Source: Glaucostegus cemiculus (Eukaryota). Taken from it: a stretch of DNA of 64,000 nucleotides. Position numbers and translations under genes: made by a program. Below are positions 11,921-23,672 of the stretch, in pieces (positions within the stretch are counted from its first letter, which is position 1; every line of letters begins with the position of its first letter). The DNA lies in NCBI GenBank assembly GCA_976551045.1, contig CDPCPM010000083.1:1302001-1366000 (forward strand), read 5' to 3'. Under the pieces are notes generated by a model. It saw nothing but the letters and a program-made list of their open reading frames with translations. It was not told the DNA's origin and ran no database searches.

Positions 11921-13733
11921 TAATACCTAACGCTCTCCACAAAGGTGAACAATGGATCCTTGTGTGAGGTACTAGGTCAGTCTGTGACCAGAGGAAACCA
12001 AACTCTTGGAATGATGTTCGGGAGTGTGGTGGAGGTGGGGGAGAGCAGAAATTGGGAAGAGGGGAGAAATGAACTTGGGAATAAAATAAAAATTAACAGT
12101 AAAAGTAGTGAATCTCACAGTTCTCAGGCAGCTGCCCAATTTCCTGCCTCTCATTCCTAACGTGCACAGCAATGACAGAGATGCAATATTGAGCGGCATT
12201 ATCCTGGTGCTGAAACATCACATCACAAAGCCTAGGGACAGATGAAATATCAATGAAGCATATCAGAATGTAAACTATATTGAAAGGGGCAGGTTTTTTT
12301 ATTCAAACAAGCTCTTAGGGTACAATAAATGATGTGCCATTTGGATTACTTAGGATGAATTGAATTTCAAACAGTGCCCTGAAGATAGAAGTGTTTTGGA
12401 AGATGTTTCAGTAATAGAATTTACATCTGTCTATTGCAAATGAGGCAACTCATACCCGTGAGCACCAAGCAGCAGAGGGTTTTCTATTAGCTCCTTGCTT
12501 GGGAGAATGAAAGTAGTTGATCTTGGATGAATTCTTCATAAAAAGGACATGAAGCAGAGCCACCTCTGAGGCCCACCCAGGTCCTGAGGTCCAAGTATCA
12601 CAGGTGAATGTCTGGAAATTGGCTTCTGAATCCCTGACTCAAGAGTTTTCAACTTTTCACTCTTTGTCCCTAACTCATTCACTCCCTCCCTTGCCCAATT
12701 CTGTGGAGAATTGTTGGACACTGGGTTCCCCAACAATTAACTAAACAAGGAATGTCCTGTAGACCTGGGCTGACTTTGTTTGACGTCTGTATGACTTTGA
12801 CTCACAGACAAGCATTTTCATCATGAGCTGAAAAGAAAGGGGGCAATTTGGGGGTTCTGTGGCAGATATTAACCCCGGGACATCCTAGGGCCAACAAGCA
12901 CTTTGGAAATGTAATTATTTTGTACCATAATGAAATGGCAGCCAATTTGGACAGCGGTCACATAAATGAAAGAAATGACTAGATTATATTTGTAGAAGCT
13001 CTATTGGCCATGGAATAAATGATAGACAGGATTTGGTAGACCCCTTGGCTAGTGCAAGATCCCACAACAGAGGCAGAATTTCATCCCCATGTCCCGGCAG
13101 AACAGACTGAGGCACCACTCAACAAAATGGAAAAACCATAACCATAAGCATCATCGATTTACCATTAAATAGACGGTTTTATTCTTTTCACTCTCTATCC
13201 TTAACTCATTCTCCCACACTTGTACACACCATGTCTTCTTCTGGGGAAAATTGCTGGACGCTGGGTTCCCCTCTGATTAGCCAAACAAGGAGGGTCTTGT
13301 AGCCTGGGCTGACTTGTTCTCTTGGGTTGTTGGGGATTTTTTTTTGACAATGCCCAACCCACAGTGGACTTTCCTTTTCTTTAGACATAGTCCTGAAGCT
13401 CCAATGCCTGATTTATCTGAATTATTTATAGGAATATTTATGTAGGAACACAGGAAGGCACAGGCCAGGAAGGGAACATCACAATCTGCCTGATCATCTT
13501 CACAGATCACAGAACATCCTGCATCTCTCTGTCTCTCACACTCTTCAGTCACATCCTCTGCCAACTTGTTGACCATCCAGCAGAATTGCTTTGCAAAATT
13601 AAATCTCCTTGGTGAAGTTCAGGGCAGGTTTTCAGTTGGGCAAGCAAAACTTGTGATTTTAACAGTCTCATCGCTAGGTTAAACATGGGAAGAAATACCA
13701 ACACTCAGTGCTCTGCGCTATCAGGAAAGGTCT

Positions 13734-13958
13734 GGAGATACAAGGGACCACAGACGCGGGAACTCAGAGCACTGGAGGAACTCAGCAGGTCAGGAAGCAT
13801 CTATGGAGGGAAATGGACAGTTGACGTTTCGGGTCGAGACCCTTCATTTGGACTGATGTAGTCCAGATGAAGGACCTCAACCTGAAATGTCAATTGTCCA
13901 TTTCCCTCCATAGGTACTGCCTGACCCACTGAGTTCCTCCAGCGCTTTTTGTATTGCG
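13734..13958. mobile_element. Palindromic Penelope-derived mini-element with two inverted hammerhead-like motifs
   Basis: Arms of ~85 bp (13772-13854 and 13860-13942) are reverse complements around gatgt. TSD tcaggaaaggtct (13721-13733) / tcaggaaagatct (13959-13971). Confidence 0.85.
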
Positions 13959-14554
13959 TCAGGAAAGATCTCCCCTCATCCTTAGACACCAGGTGTGAAC
14001 ACTCAACAGCATAACGTTTGTTCTCCTGGAAGGGATAGCCTCATCTTATCTCTCTGCACCCCCACTACCATCAGCCGAGCAGTCCTCTCATTTTAGCTGA
14101 ACATTAATGTTAATCTTTTTCTGGTATTTTCCTGTCAAGTTGTGGCAGATATTAGGTAGCCTCCCATCCATGATGCAAGTTAATTCTACAATCTACAAGC
14201 TGTGCAAGTCAAGGGCACAGACTGGAAAATCTCAGCAAGCTTCTACCCCAGAAGACCTAATGGATAAACAGTTTGGAGTTATTTTCTCCTCTGTCATGCA
14301 GGACCTGAGTGCATGCTGGGCTCTCTGCACCGACAGTCAGCAGGCTATTGATCCATCAAGGCCACCTCAGGTGAGCTTGAATCTTTTCTCACCCAAATAG
14401 CAACTGCCACCCCGCCCCCCCCACCCCCCAACACACATACGCACTGGGGTCAGTGTGAACCTTTGTGACTGCAGACGGGCCTTGAGTCTGAAGTCCATCT
14501 GGTCTGCAGGACGTACTGTCCATCAGAGACTCAGATGTCTCCCTGGGAGATAAA

Positions 14555-14832
14555 GACATAGGGCAATACAGCACGGAAACAGACCCTTTGGCCAAACTCG
14601 TTCATGTCAACCAAGATGTCCATCTAAGCATGTCCATTTGCCTGCATTTGGCCCATATCCCTCTAAACCTTTCCTATCCATGTACCTGTCCAAATGTCTT
14701 TTAAATATTGTTATTATACCCACCTCAACCACTTCCTCTGGCAGCTCATTCCATACACCAACCACCCTCTGCATGAAGAAGTTGCCGCTCAGGTCCCTTT
14801 TAAATCTCTTTCCCCTCTCACCTCAAACCTAT
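14555..14832 (-). mobile_element. CR1 3' fragment
   Basis: tacagcacggaaacagaccctttggcc...ccctctaaacctttcctatccatgtacctgtccaaatg...ttcctctggcagctcattcca. Confidence 0.85.
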
Positions 14833-15127
14833 GATCAGCATTTGGCTAATTGCTGCAGGAACTTGCACAATGGGTGAACAACCCCCGACAAGCTCAGGTA
14901 CAAACAGGCTATAAACATCCAACAGGGACGGTCTGGATAACAAGCAGCCAAACTGATTGCACCAGGCCATCTACATCACGGGCAGAGGGGATGTAGTGAT
15001 AAGCATCTTCACATCTTAAGATTTGTTTTTCACAAATTCAAATTCAATTTAAAAAAAATGAGTTTGAAGCATTTGTCTGAAACGTACAACTGCATCGGTT
15101 GTTTTTTTTTCTCTCTCTCTCACTCAC

Positions 15128-15346
15128 CTCTGGGCTCTTCTGCTTGTTTGGCGAGTTTGCGGAGCGCAGCTGCAAAGCTGGCAGAGTGCGCTGACGGTAC
15201 AGGCAAGGTGCTGTTAGCTGCTGGGCTGCCATTGGGCACTATGGAACCATTGAGGGAGGAAGGGTTGAGGGGGCTTACGGTGGCTGTAGTCCGAGTCGCA
15301 GTCGAGATCATTCCTAGTGAAGGTGACTTTGGCTCATGGCTCATGC
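15128..15346 (-). CDS. GSE1: GSE1 coding exon, 219 nt, symmetric phase 1-1
   Basis: Polypyrimidine tract ...cttctctcctttttctccccccttgtattcccctaacctctag|GC ATG AGC CAT GAG...CCC AGA G|gtgagt. Peptide (G)[33 protein letters not shown]...[17 protein letters not shown] matches the recalled GSE1 N-terminus. Confidence 0.97.
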
Positions 15347-15589
15347 CTAGAGGTTAGGGGAATACAAGGGGGGAGAAAAAGGAGAGAAGATTTAGATTAA
15401 AAAAAATACTAAATCCCCCTTCCTCAGCTGTCTGAAGCACAGGGCAGCACGTGGTAGCCAGGCTATAATGAGCTGTATTTATGGCACTGCACTGCTTTGT
15501 AACCAAACCTCCAATTTATGAGGAAGCAATTGAATTAAATGGCAGAATTCTGAAATAATCCAGCAAAAGACACACCACAGGTATTATTT

Positions 15590-15940
15590 CTTACTGGTTC
15601 ACTGGATGTGGGCCAGAATTTATCACCCAGACCTGTATGGCCTCGGACTGGTTGGCTTGCTGGGCCATTCCCAAGAGTGGTAAAGGCTCAAGCATGTTGA
15701 TGGGATCCCGACTCAAAAAAAAATAGACCGGACTGGGGAAAAGTGGCAAATTTCTTTACCCAAAGAACATTAGTGAACCAGATATGTTTTAATGACAATT
15801 CAGTAGTTTTGTCATTATTATGGACACCAGCTTTTCCATGACTGAGTTATTTATTAAATTTTCAAACTGCACTGCTGCAATTTGAACTCATGTCCAGGCT
15901 TCTGGATTGCTTGCCTTGTAAAACACTGTGCCCATGTGTG
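15590..15940 (-). mobile_element. Old tRNA-derived SINE family C
   Basis: Similar to 10710-11060 and 61290-61595 (aacattagtgaaccagat..., atttgaactcatgtc). Confidence 0.6.
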
Positions 15941-16045
15941 CCCACTTGTTTCCGTTAAGAGGCCATTTGACCTATCAATTTTGTGGCAGCTCCTGGTACA
16001 GCAATCATATCAGACCTTTTTTCTCACTCAAAACTTGTGCATATA

Positions 16046-16074
16046 AACACACACATATGCACACACACACACGT

Positions 16075-16107
<33 letters not shown>

Positions 16108-16113
16108 GCACGC
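16046..16113. repeat. (CA)n microsatellite
   Basis: Direct reading. Confidence 0.95.
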
Positions 16114-16579
16114 ACTCCTAGAAAATGTAGCCTTGCTACACTCATGAACTACAGTTTAATCCTGCACAAAGACAGCTTACACTGGCATTTTGTCAAGCTG
16201 GAGCAGCCAGACTATTGAGCAGGTTTACAAGAGCATCAATTCTGACATCTGACCCTCAACGTCCTCTCACTGAAAAAACACATATCAAACATGACACTAA
16301 TTACACTTTCTCATGAACCTGGGACAGAAAAGTGTTGGCACCAGTTGAGAAATAGCTGCCTATGGAAGAACAGGTCCAAGGGAGCCTCTGCCCTCTGCCC
16401 ATCTTGTCAACGATATACTACAGGCAGTGACAGTGAAAAGGTGGAATGCAGCTGTGGAAGGCACTGAGGCTGGCATAAATCTGCTTCAGCTCTTTATTCC
16501 ACCTGCACCAGCATTAATTAATCTTGACCAATCGTGGGCCAAGGGGAGTTCTTACTTCTTTCTTGGAATTTTTGAGCCA

Positions 16580-16810
16580 TTGGGTCACACAGCATGGAAG
16601 CAGGCCATTCGGCCCACAACATCCATGCTGGTCAGTAGACTCCCATCTTCTAACACCTGGACCACAGCCTTCTATGCCTAAGTGATTCAAGTGCTCGTCT
16701 GGACAAATGCTGTCAGTGACTCTGCTTCCACCACTTTCTCAGGCAGTACATTCCTGGTACTCACCACACTCAGTGTGAGAAAGGGCACCCTCAGATCCCC
16801 AAATTTTTAA
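16580..16810 (-). mobile_element. CR1 3' fragment
   Basis: cagcatggaagcaggccattcggcccac...gactctgcttccaccac...caggcagtacattcc. Confidence 0.7.
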
Positions 16811-17128
16811 TGCCAGGTCACAGTGTGTAAAACACAACTTATGGATTTGCTGTGCATGAACTGATGAGCAAGCCTTGGATTGTAATGCTGTGTTGCTGGA
16901 TGAGAATACTGAACACAGGCTGCAGTTGACCCACCACACAGAAATAGCAGTGTGGGGGTGAGTTATACATGGTCACACAAAGCCACGCCAGGTATCACAG
17001 AGTAGCAGCAGACAAGAAGATATCAATATGCAACTCTTCCACGTTAAGTAGGTCTAATCATTCAAGGTTGCAGAGGCTGCGCAATGCATTTCTGATCTAA
17101 AATTTCATCTCGCATTGAATTCAAATTT

Positions 17129-17241
17129 TGGAAACACTGAGCAACACACAAAGATGCTGGAAGAACTCAGCGGGGCAGGCAGCAACTATGGAGGGGAATG
17201 GACGGTTGACATTTCGGATCAAGACCCTTCATCAGGACTGA
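17129..17241 (-). mobile_element. Penelope-derived repeat with intact hammerhead core boxes (sense to GSE1)
   Basis: Minus strand: cagtc-CTGATGA-a-gggt-cttg-atcc-GAAA-tg-tc-aaccg...gctgcctgccccgctgagttcttccagc. Confidence 0.8.
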
Positions 17242-17665
17242 TCACTTGTGTATGGTTTCTACCATGTTGTGCATTTAGTGGTAGTGATCAGGAGGAATTT
17301 CTCCTTTCAGTTTTAAATCCATAATATTGTGTTATACCATATGTACTGCTTTCCATAATTTTTCTTCAGAGCAATGCAGCTGGGTTTTCCTAACTTCTCA
17401 TTCCCTCAAAAACCAGCTACAGTGCCTTTACTTTTTCCTGGTCTGAATGAACAGCACAAGAGCAGCAGAGAATTATGAATGTTATACAGAAATATATATA
17501 CTGCCTTAATAGATCCCAAAGAAATTTACAACTGATGAATTACTTATTGAACTGCAGTCATATAAGTAGAGGTGACATCCAATTTGTAGACCTGATTAAG
17601 TCCTCCAGGAAAACAACAGGAGAAGTGATCAGGTAGCCCCTTTTTGGTGGTGTGGGCCAAAGGAG

Positions 17666-17965
17666 GCTGGTGAAGATGGGTTTAATGACATTGGTGCACC
17701 ATTGGCTGGTGAAGATAGGCTTAATGACATTGATGCACTATTAGCTGGTGAAGACTGGTTTAATGACAATAGTGTACCATTGGCTGGCGGACATGGACTG
17801 AATGACAGTGGTGCACTATTGGCTGGTGAAGATGGACTGAATGACAGCAGTCCTCTGTTAGCTGGTGGGCATGGGTTTAATGACAATGATGTATTATTAG
17901 CAAGTGGATATGGGTTGAGTGACAGTTCTACCATTAGCTGGTGGAGGTGGGTTGAACAACAGTGT
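17666..17965. repeat. Degenerate 39-bp minisatellite, about 8 units
   Basis: Units start at 17666, 17705, 17744, 17783, 17822, 17861, 17900 (37 bp) and 17937; consensus near gctggtgaagatgggtttaatgacagtggtgcaccattg. Confidence 0.92.
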
Positions 17966-18699
17966 TGGAAAAGGGAATGTAGCAGCCACAGACATGGTAT
18001 GCTTTACCAAATATAAACACTCTGTGGAGAATTCAGATTTTGGTGGAAAGCACTTAGCAGGCATGAGAATATTAGCTGCCAGTTTGCTCACAAGCAAATG
18101 TATGAGAGGGGCACAAAACATGTAGCTGATATTCTGACAACCCTTTAAAACTGATGACTAAAGAAGAATCTCCAACCCCCTCTGATGTTGGTCCTCACTG
18201 CACTGTAGAAGCTGGGTGGTATCCAGTCCTCAGGCCCACTCAGATTGGCACTGAATGCAATATTAAAACAGCTGTCCTGGTATTATTAAGACACTTTATT
18301 TCCCTCAGACAACAAGTATTGGCACCACTTTACCGTGAAGTGGTGGTGCAGGCAAGTACAGAGAAACATCACTCACTTTTAATGGGGCTCCACCATATTC
18401 TCCTATCAACTGAATAGCTTCTTGTCTGCAATACCAATTTACAGTGTCAGCGACTGGGAATACATGTACTCTGTATATGACAGATGAGAAGCGCTTGTAT
18501 ACTTGTTTTATCAGGAGAGCAGGGGACTTGGTACCCGATAGCTGGGAGGCAGAAGGGGTTGAAACACGTATTCAAAATCCACCAAAAACCAGAGAGCTCC
18601 ACTCGTCCATGGGGGCAGAATGAAGCGTAAGACCCAGCAGTCCCCTGCCCTCTCACTTGAGACGCTCCCTGCGCTCCGTGCTCTTCAGTGGCCGTCCCC

Positions 18700-19065
18700 A
18701 CTTTATTTCACCACCACCCCACGTCCACATTAATGCCGCAAAAGCCATCACTAATCACAGATCTACTGCTTCCTGCCGCTTCCTAATTACAAAACCCCAG
18801 TCCCCAGCAGACTTCTGACTTCAAACCGCATTCTGCGATCACCGTGCACTGTAATTACAAACTAATAGTTTGGATGAATTTTTTTTTTGCTCGATCCACA
18901 CAGAACCCCTCCTGGATAATTATACCCTGGAGCGCCAGGCTGGCAGGTCTCCTATTTAATCGCAGGCACACATTTGTGTCCTGCACTTCATAATAATCTC
19001 TCTTGACAATTTTCATTACAATTGGAAAAATGTTGAACAAATAAACAGTATTATTTAGCTGCCTC
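18700..19065. promoter_or_regulatory. Candidate conserved non-coding element / enhancer
   Basis: No recognisable repeats, retained CpGs, several TAATTA/TAAT cores and a FOX-type aaataaaca near 19040. Inference only. Confidence 0.4.
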
Positions 19066-19683
19066 CTTCATCTCAGACAACTTTCCATCCCCCTGGGGCT
19101 AGTGCTCTGCATATTAACAGTCATAGGCCACTATATATGCCATGCACATGATTGCATATGACATTCAGCTGATCTCTACAGGGCAGTCAAATTCTAAGGT
19201 CGATTATTATAAAACTGTTGGGTTTACAGAGGTTGTTTTTCTCCCTTTATGGCTTGATATATTTTTGTAAAGAGCCTTATTTTTCTCCACTCCTTTGTGA
19301 AATCGCCAGCTGACCCATAACTACATTAATTCCTCTCCTTAACTTTCCACACTGCCTCCTGATCAACAGCTTTTGAATTTGCTCCACCCCTTCACATTCT
19401 GTTGCCTCAGCAACCCCTACATCCTCCCCCCCGCACACCTCACCCTAAACCCAAGAACAATCTCCCCATCTGCTTCCACCCACTCTAGCTGGGTGGGTCT
19501 GATCACAGACTGGAGGGTCTACTCCGTGGAAAGGGTTTGGCTGGCTCGGTGATATAATTTAGCTGCACCAACTCATGGACAAAATCAAGGGAACTGAAAA
19601 CTGAAAGCTTTGCATTGATGTGACACCTTTCAAGACATCCCACAAGAAAAGCCGACGGAATTCTCTTGGAAAAGGACACTGTT

Positions 19684-19780
19684 CCAGTCCAGGTGAAGAG
19701 TCTCGACCCATTCTGTTGACTGTCCATCTCCCTCCACAGATGCCACCTGACCTGCTGAGTTCCTCCAGCATCTTGTTTGT
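19684..19780 (+). mobile_element. Penelope-derived repeat, degenerate hammerhead motif
   Basis: cagtc-caggtga-agagtctcgaccc-attct-gtt-gactg...tgacctgctgagttcctccagca. Confidence 0.75.
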
Positions 19781-20639
19781 TGACATTGTTGTAATGCAGG
19801 AAATGTGACAGCTAACTTGCACACAGAAGCTCCCAATATGATAATAACAGGGTAGCTGCCTGAATGATGCTGATTCCCCAATAGGTTTTAGCCAGGACTT
19901 TGGGCGATAACCCCGACCTCCAGGCCAACGTTTATTGCTCACTCTGCCCCAAAAGAACAAATTATTGGTTGTTGTTCGTGGGAGGTTATGCGAGGACTGG
20001 TTGTTGCATTTACAACAATACAACACTGCCTACCTTCAATAGAATTTCATTGGTTGCAAACAATTTTCAGTAGGATTGGAAAAAGGCTGAACAACCTAAG
20101 GCTGTGACAGGCAGGTGTTTTTTCTTTGTTTTAGCTTCTCATCATGTGCTTCTACCCATTCATCCTCTAGCTTCATCCAAGTTACTACCCAGGTCAACTT
20201 CTCCATCTGGTAGAGTGCTCCACATTATAATCACACCGAGCAAAATGTTTCTTCTTACTTCTGACTGGATTTATTGGTGACTACCTTAAAATTATGGCCC
20301 TTTGACTTGTACTACGCCATTTGGAGAAGTCACCTACAATGTTCAATCCTTTTATAACATCAAGGGCCTCAATAAGGTCACTCCAAGGCTGGCTCTTTTC
20401 CACAGGGTATAGATCCAGTCTGGGCAGCGTTTCCTGAATGTCATGCTCTCAGTTCTGGTTTGTAAATCCTATGTTCTACAGGCTTTGGAAGAATGAGCAG
20501 TCAATTCTTTGACATATAAGAATTTGAGGGGACTTGATAAAATAGATGTTGAGAGAGAATGTTTCCTTGGTGGGGGAGTTTAGAAACACAAACACTATCT
20601 CAGGATAAAGGTGCACACAATTAAAACTGAAATGATGTA

Positions 20640-23200
20640 CCATTTGGAATTTTCCAGTCCTCAGTCACCAGCCCTGAATCTGTAGAGGTTTGGAAGATTG
20701 TCTCTGCGATTTCTACCCTTACCTCCTCAGTGATTTATAAAGCATTTCAGCTCGACCAGGTGACTTATCCACTTTAAGTCCACCTAGCTTTTATCATGGT
20801 CCTTTTACAATTTTTAACCCACCCATTATCACATGTACATCTTTCTTTGCCGAGACTCCAGTAGCAACTTCTTCCTTGGTGAGGAATGGTGTAAATTTTA
20901 CGTTTAGCACCTCAGTCATGCTTAAATTTCCTTTCTTGTCTCTGATCTACCCCATCTCACATCTTCAACCCTCTTCACATTCACAGAATATGTCTGGATT
21001 CTTTTTTATGTTTGCTGCCTATCTTTTCTCATACTCTCTTTGCTTCTCCCATTCCCTTTTTCACTTCCCCTCTGAATTTCTGTTCCAAGTCTGGTTCTCA
21101 CTTGTGTTACGAAACTGGTATCTGCCTCATGCTCTTTCTCTGCTCCATTGTACCCTCTATCTTTTGTGTCATCTATGGACCTCTGCTTTAAACTTTACCA
21201 AACTTCTTCCTCACGGAAATGTATCTCAACTGTCATTGAAACATCTCCATCTTAGGGCCCTCCAGGGCCCTAATTCAGGAACATTTCAATACAATTCAGT
21301 AACATTTTTGCCTACTAGGCTTTGATTCCAATTTAAGTGAACCAGATCTTTTCTCATCCCAATGAAACTGCCCAATCTCCAACCAATTATTTTTACCCCT
21401 TTTCCATTGGTATTCTAAACCTTCTGTTGTGGTTGATGTTTCCTCGATGTTCCCTCACTGATGTTTGCTCCACTTGCCCTGACTCCTATTCCAGAACCAA
21501 GTCCAGCAATGCACCTTCTTTGTTGAAACGCATGAATCAAGAAAGTTTCCCGAATGGAACTCAGTAAGTCCTCTTTGCCTGTATGTTGTTGCTCTCCATA
21601 TCTCTAGGAAGGTTGACATTTCTACATTATCACTACCCTGTACCTTTTGCACATCTCTGCGATTTCCCTACAAATATACTCCACAATATCCTTCCCATTA
21701 GCTGTCAGTCTGTAGAATGGTCTCAACGATGTAATAGCAACTCTATTGATTAACTCTAAACAGATGGATCTGTCCCTGATGTCTCCAGCATGGCAATATT
21801 CACCTTAATTAAAACTGCCATTTCTCCTCCTTTCTTACCTTCCTTATCTTTCCTGAACACATTGTATCTCAGAATATTTAGAACCCATTCCAGCATTCTT
21901 AACCAGGTCTCTGTCATTGCTACAATATTGTAATCCTGCAATAGTTAATTGCACCTGCATTTCACAACCTTGTTTGATATATTTGCATTTGCACACGTGG
22001 CAATTTAAAAAAAGCGTCCTATCTGGATGCATCACGGCTTGGTATGGCAACTGCTCTGCCCGTGACCGCAATAAATTGCAGAGTTGTGGACACAGCCCAG
22101 CACATCACGGAAACCAGCCTCCCCTCCATGGATTCTGTCTATACTTCTTTCTGCCTTAGTAAAGCAGCCTGCATAATCAAACACCCCGTCCACCCTGGAC
22201 ATTTTCTCTTCCCCCCTCTCCAGTCAGGCAGAGGGTACAAAAGCCCGAAGCACATACCTCCAGCCTCAAGGACCACTTCTATCCCGCTGTTATAAGACTA
22301 TTGAATGGTTCCCTAGTACAATAAGATGGACTCTTGACCTCACAATCTACCTTGCACCTTATTATCTACCTGCGCTGCACTTTTTCTGTAGCTGTTACTC
22401 TTTATTCTGCATTCTGTTATTGTTTTACCTTGTAGTGGCTCAATGCATTGTGTAATGAATTGATCTGGATGAAAGGAATGCAAGACAAGCTTTTCACTGT
22501 ACCTCAGTACATGTGACAGTAATAAAGGAATTCCAGTTTAACCTTCTGTACTCTGTTTCTGTCTAAAAACATCCTATTTCTGGTCCTATTTCTCTCTCTC
22601 AAGTCATTTTGCACATTTTTTCTCCTTTTAAAATGCTACCTCCTGTATCCAAACACCTGCCAAATTAGTTTAAACCGGCCCTAACAGCACGAGCAAACCT
22701 TCCTCTGAGGGATGGGTCGGTCCCAGCTCTGCTGAGTTGAAATCGGTCCAGCCTGTAAGGTTACAGATCCCACCTCCCATAGAACTGACCCCAATGCCCC
22801 ATGAGTCCAAAGCCCTCCCTGCAGCCACACACTTATCTGACCCGTCCTCCTATTTTTATATGCAATGGCATGTGGTACAGTGAGTAATCCGGAGGTTACT
22901 ACTTTTGAGATCTTACTTCAAGATCTCTTTCCTAACTCCTTAAAATCTGCCTGGAGACCCTCATCCATTTTTCAGTCTTTGTCATTAGACTTTGACCTCT
23001 TTTTGTCCTCCCCCTCCAGAGTCCTCGGCAGTAACTCACCGACGTCCTTAAGCCTGGCACCATGGAGGGAACATAACATGCTGGAATAACTTCTGTAACT
23101 ATAGAAATGTCTGTCTGCTCCTCTTAATTATAGAATCTCCCACATCTCTTTGTCTCTTGATCTCTCTACTCCCATCCTGTACAGTTGAGCAACCCATGGT
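20640..23200 (-). mobile_element. Large decayed CR1 LINE retaining ORF1 (SGNH esterase-like) and AP-endonuclease remnants
   Basis: Minus-strand pieces SKVVTSGLLTVPHA, CREGFGLMGHWGQFYGRWDL and RFARAVRAGLN* (22665-22910), plus NIVAMTETWL...YNVFRKDKEGKKGGEMAVLIK (ORF 21756-21941). Many frameshifts. Confidence 0.8.
22010..22535 (+). mobile_element. Rex1/Babar LINE 3' fragment (family 1) nested in CR1
   Basis: SVLSGCITAWYGNCSARDRNKLQ / RVVDTAQHITETSLPSMDSVY...HPGHFLFPPLQSGRGY, the Rex1-type ORF2 C-terminus. Tail tttcactgtacctcagtacatgtgac-aataaa. Confidence 0.85.
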
Positions 23201-23279
23201 GCTACTGTCTTGGTTGTGCAACTCCCCACCATTTCTCCCCCAGCAAATGCTCACTTTTAAACTAAAATGATAGCCATAT

Positions 23280-23672
23280 TTTGCAATTATACAAAATGTC
23301 TCACTGAATCAATTTGTATGTTGGAAACATTAGCAGCTAATTTGCTCTTACCAACTGTAATGAGATAATGATAACACCCCGGGATAATTTTTTTCAGTAA
23401 CACTGGCTGAAGGATAAATATTGCACTGGACACAGGGTGTAACTCCCCTGCACTTCAGAATAAAATCAGGTGATATTTTTCATTGATAAAGGAGAGCAGA
23501 CACGACCTCAATTTATCATCTCATCTGAACGACAGCACCTTTAACAGTGCAGCACTCCCTCGGTGCTGTACTGAACTTCAGCCAACAATTTTGTGCTCAA
23601 GTGCTTGTAGTGGAAGTTGAACCAAGAACTTCCGAACCAGGGCAAGAGTGCTACCGACTGAGCTTCAGCTGA
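23280..23672 (-). mobile_element. Old Deu-domain-type SINE
   Basis: ggataaatattg...aactcccctgc...tctcatctgaacgacagcacctttaacagtgcagcactccctcggtgctgtactg...gagtgctaccgactgagc. Confidence 0.65.

Larger units (their letters stand above)
277..15127 (-). other. GSE1: GSE1 intron (GT-AG) between the 219-nt and 200-nt exons
   Basis: GT donor at 15127-15126 and AG acceptor at 278-277. The spliced junction AGA G|GA TCT gives R-G-S in frame. Confidence 0.9.

Noticed and set aside
15058-15357. Plus-strand 99-aa ORF overlapping the GSE1 exon (also 115-327)
   Set aside because: Antisense shadow ORFs of real coding exons.
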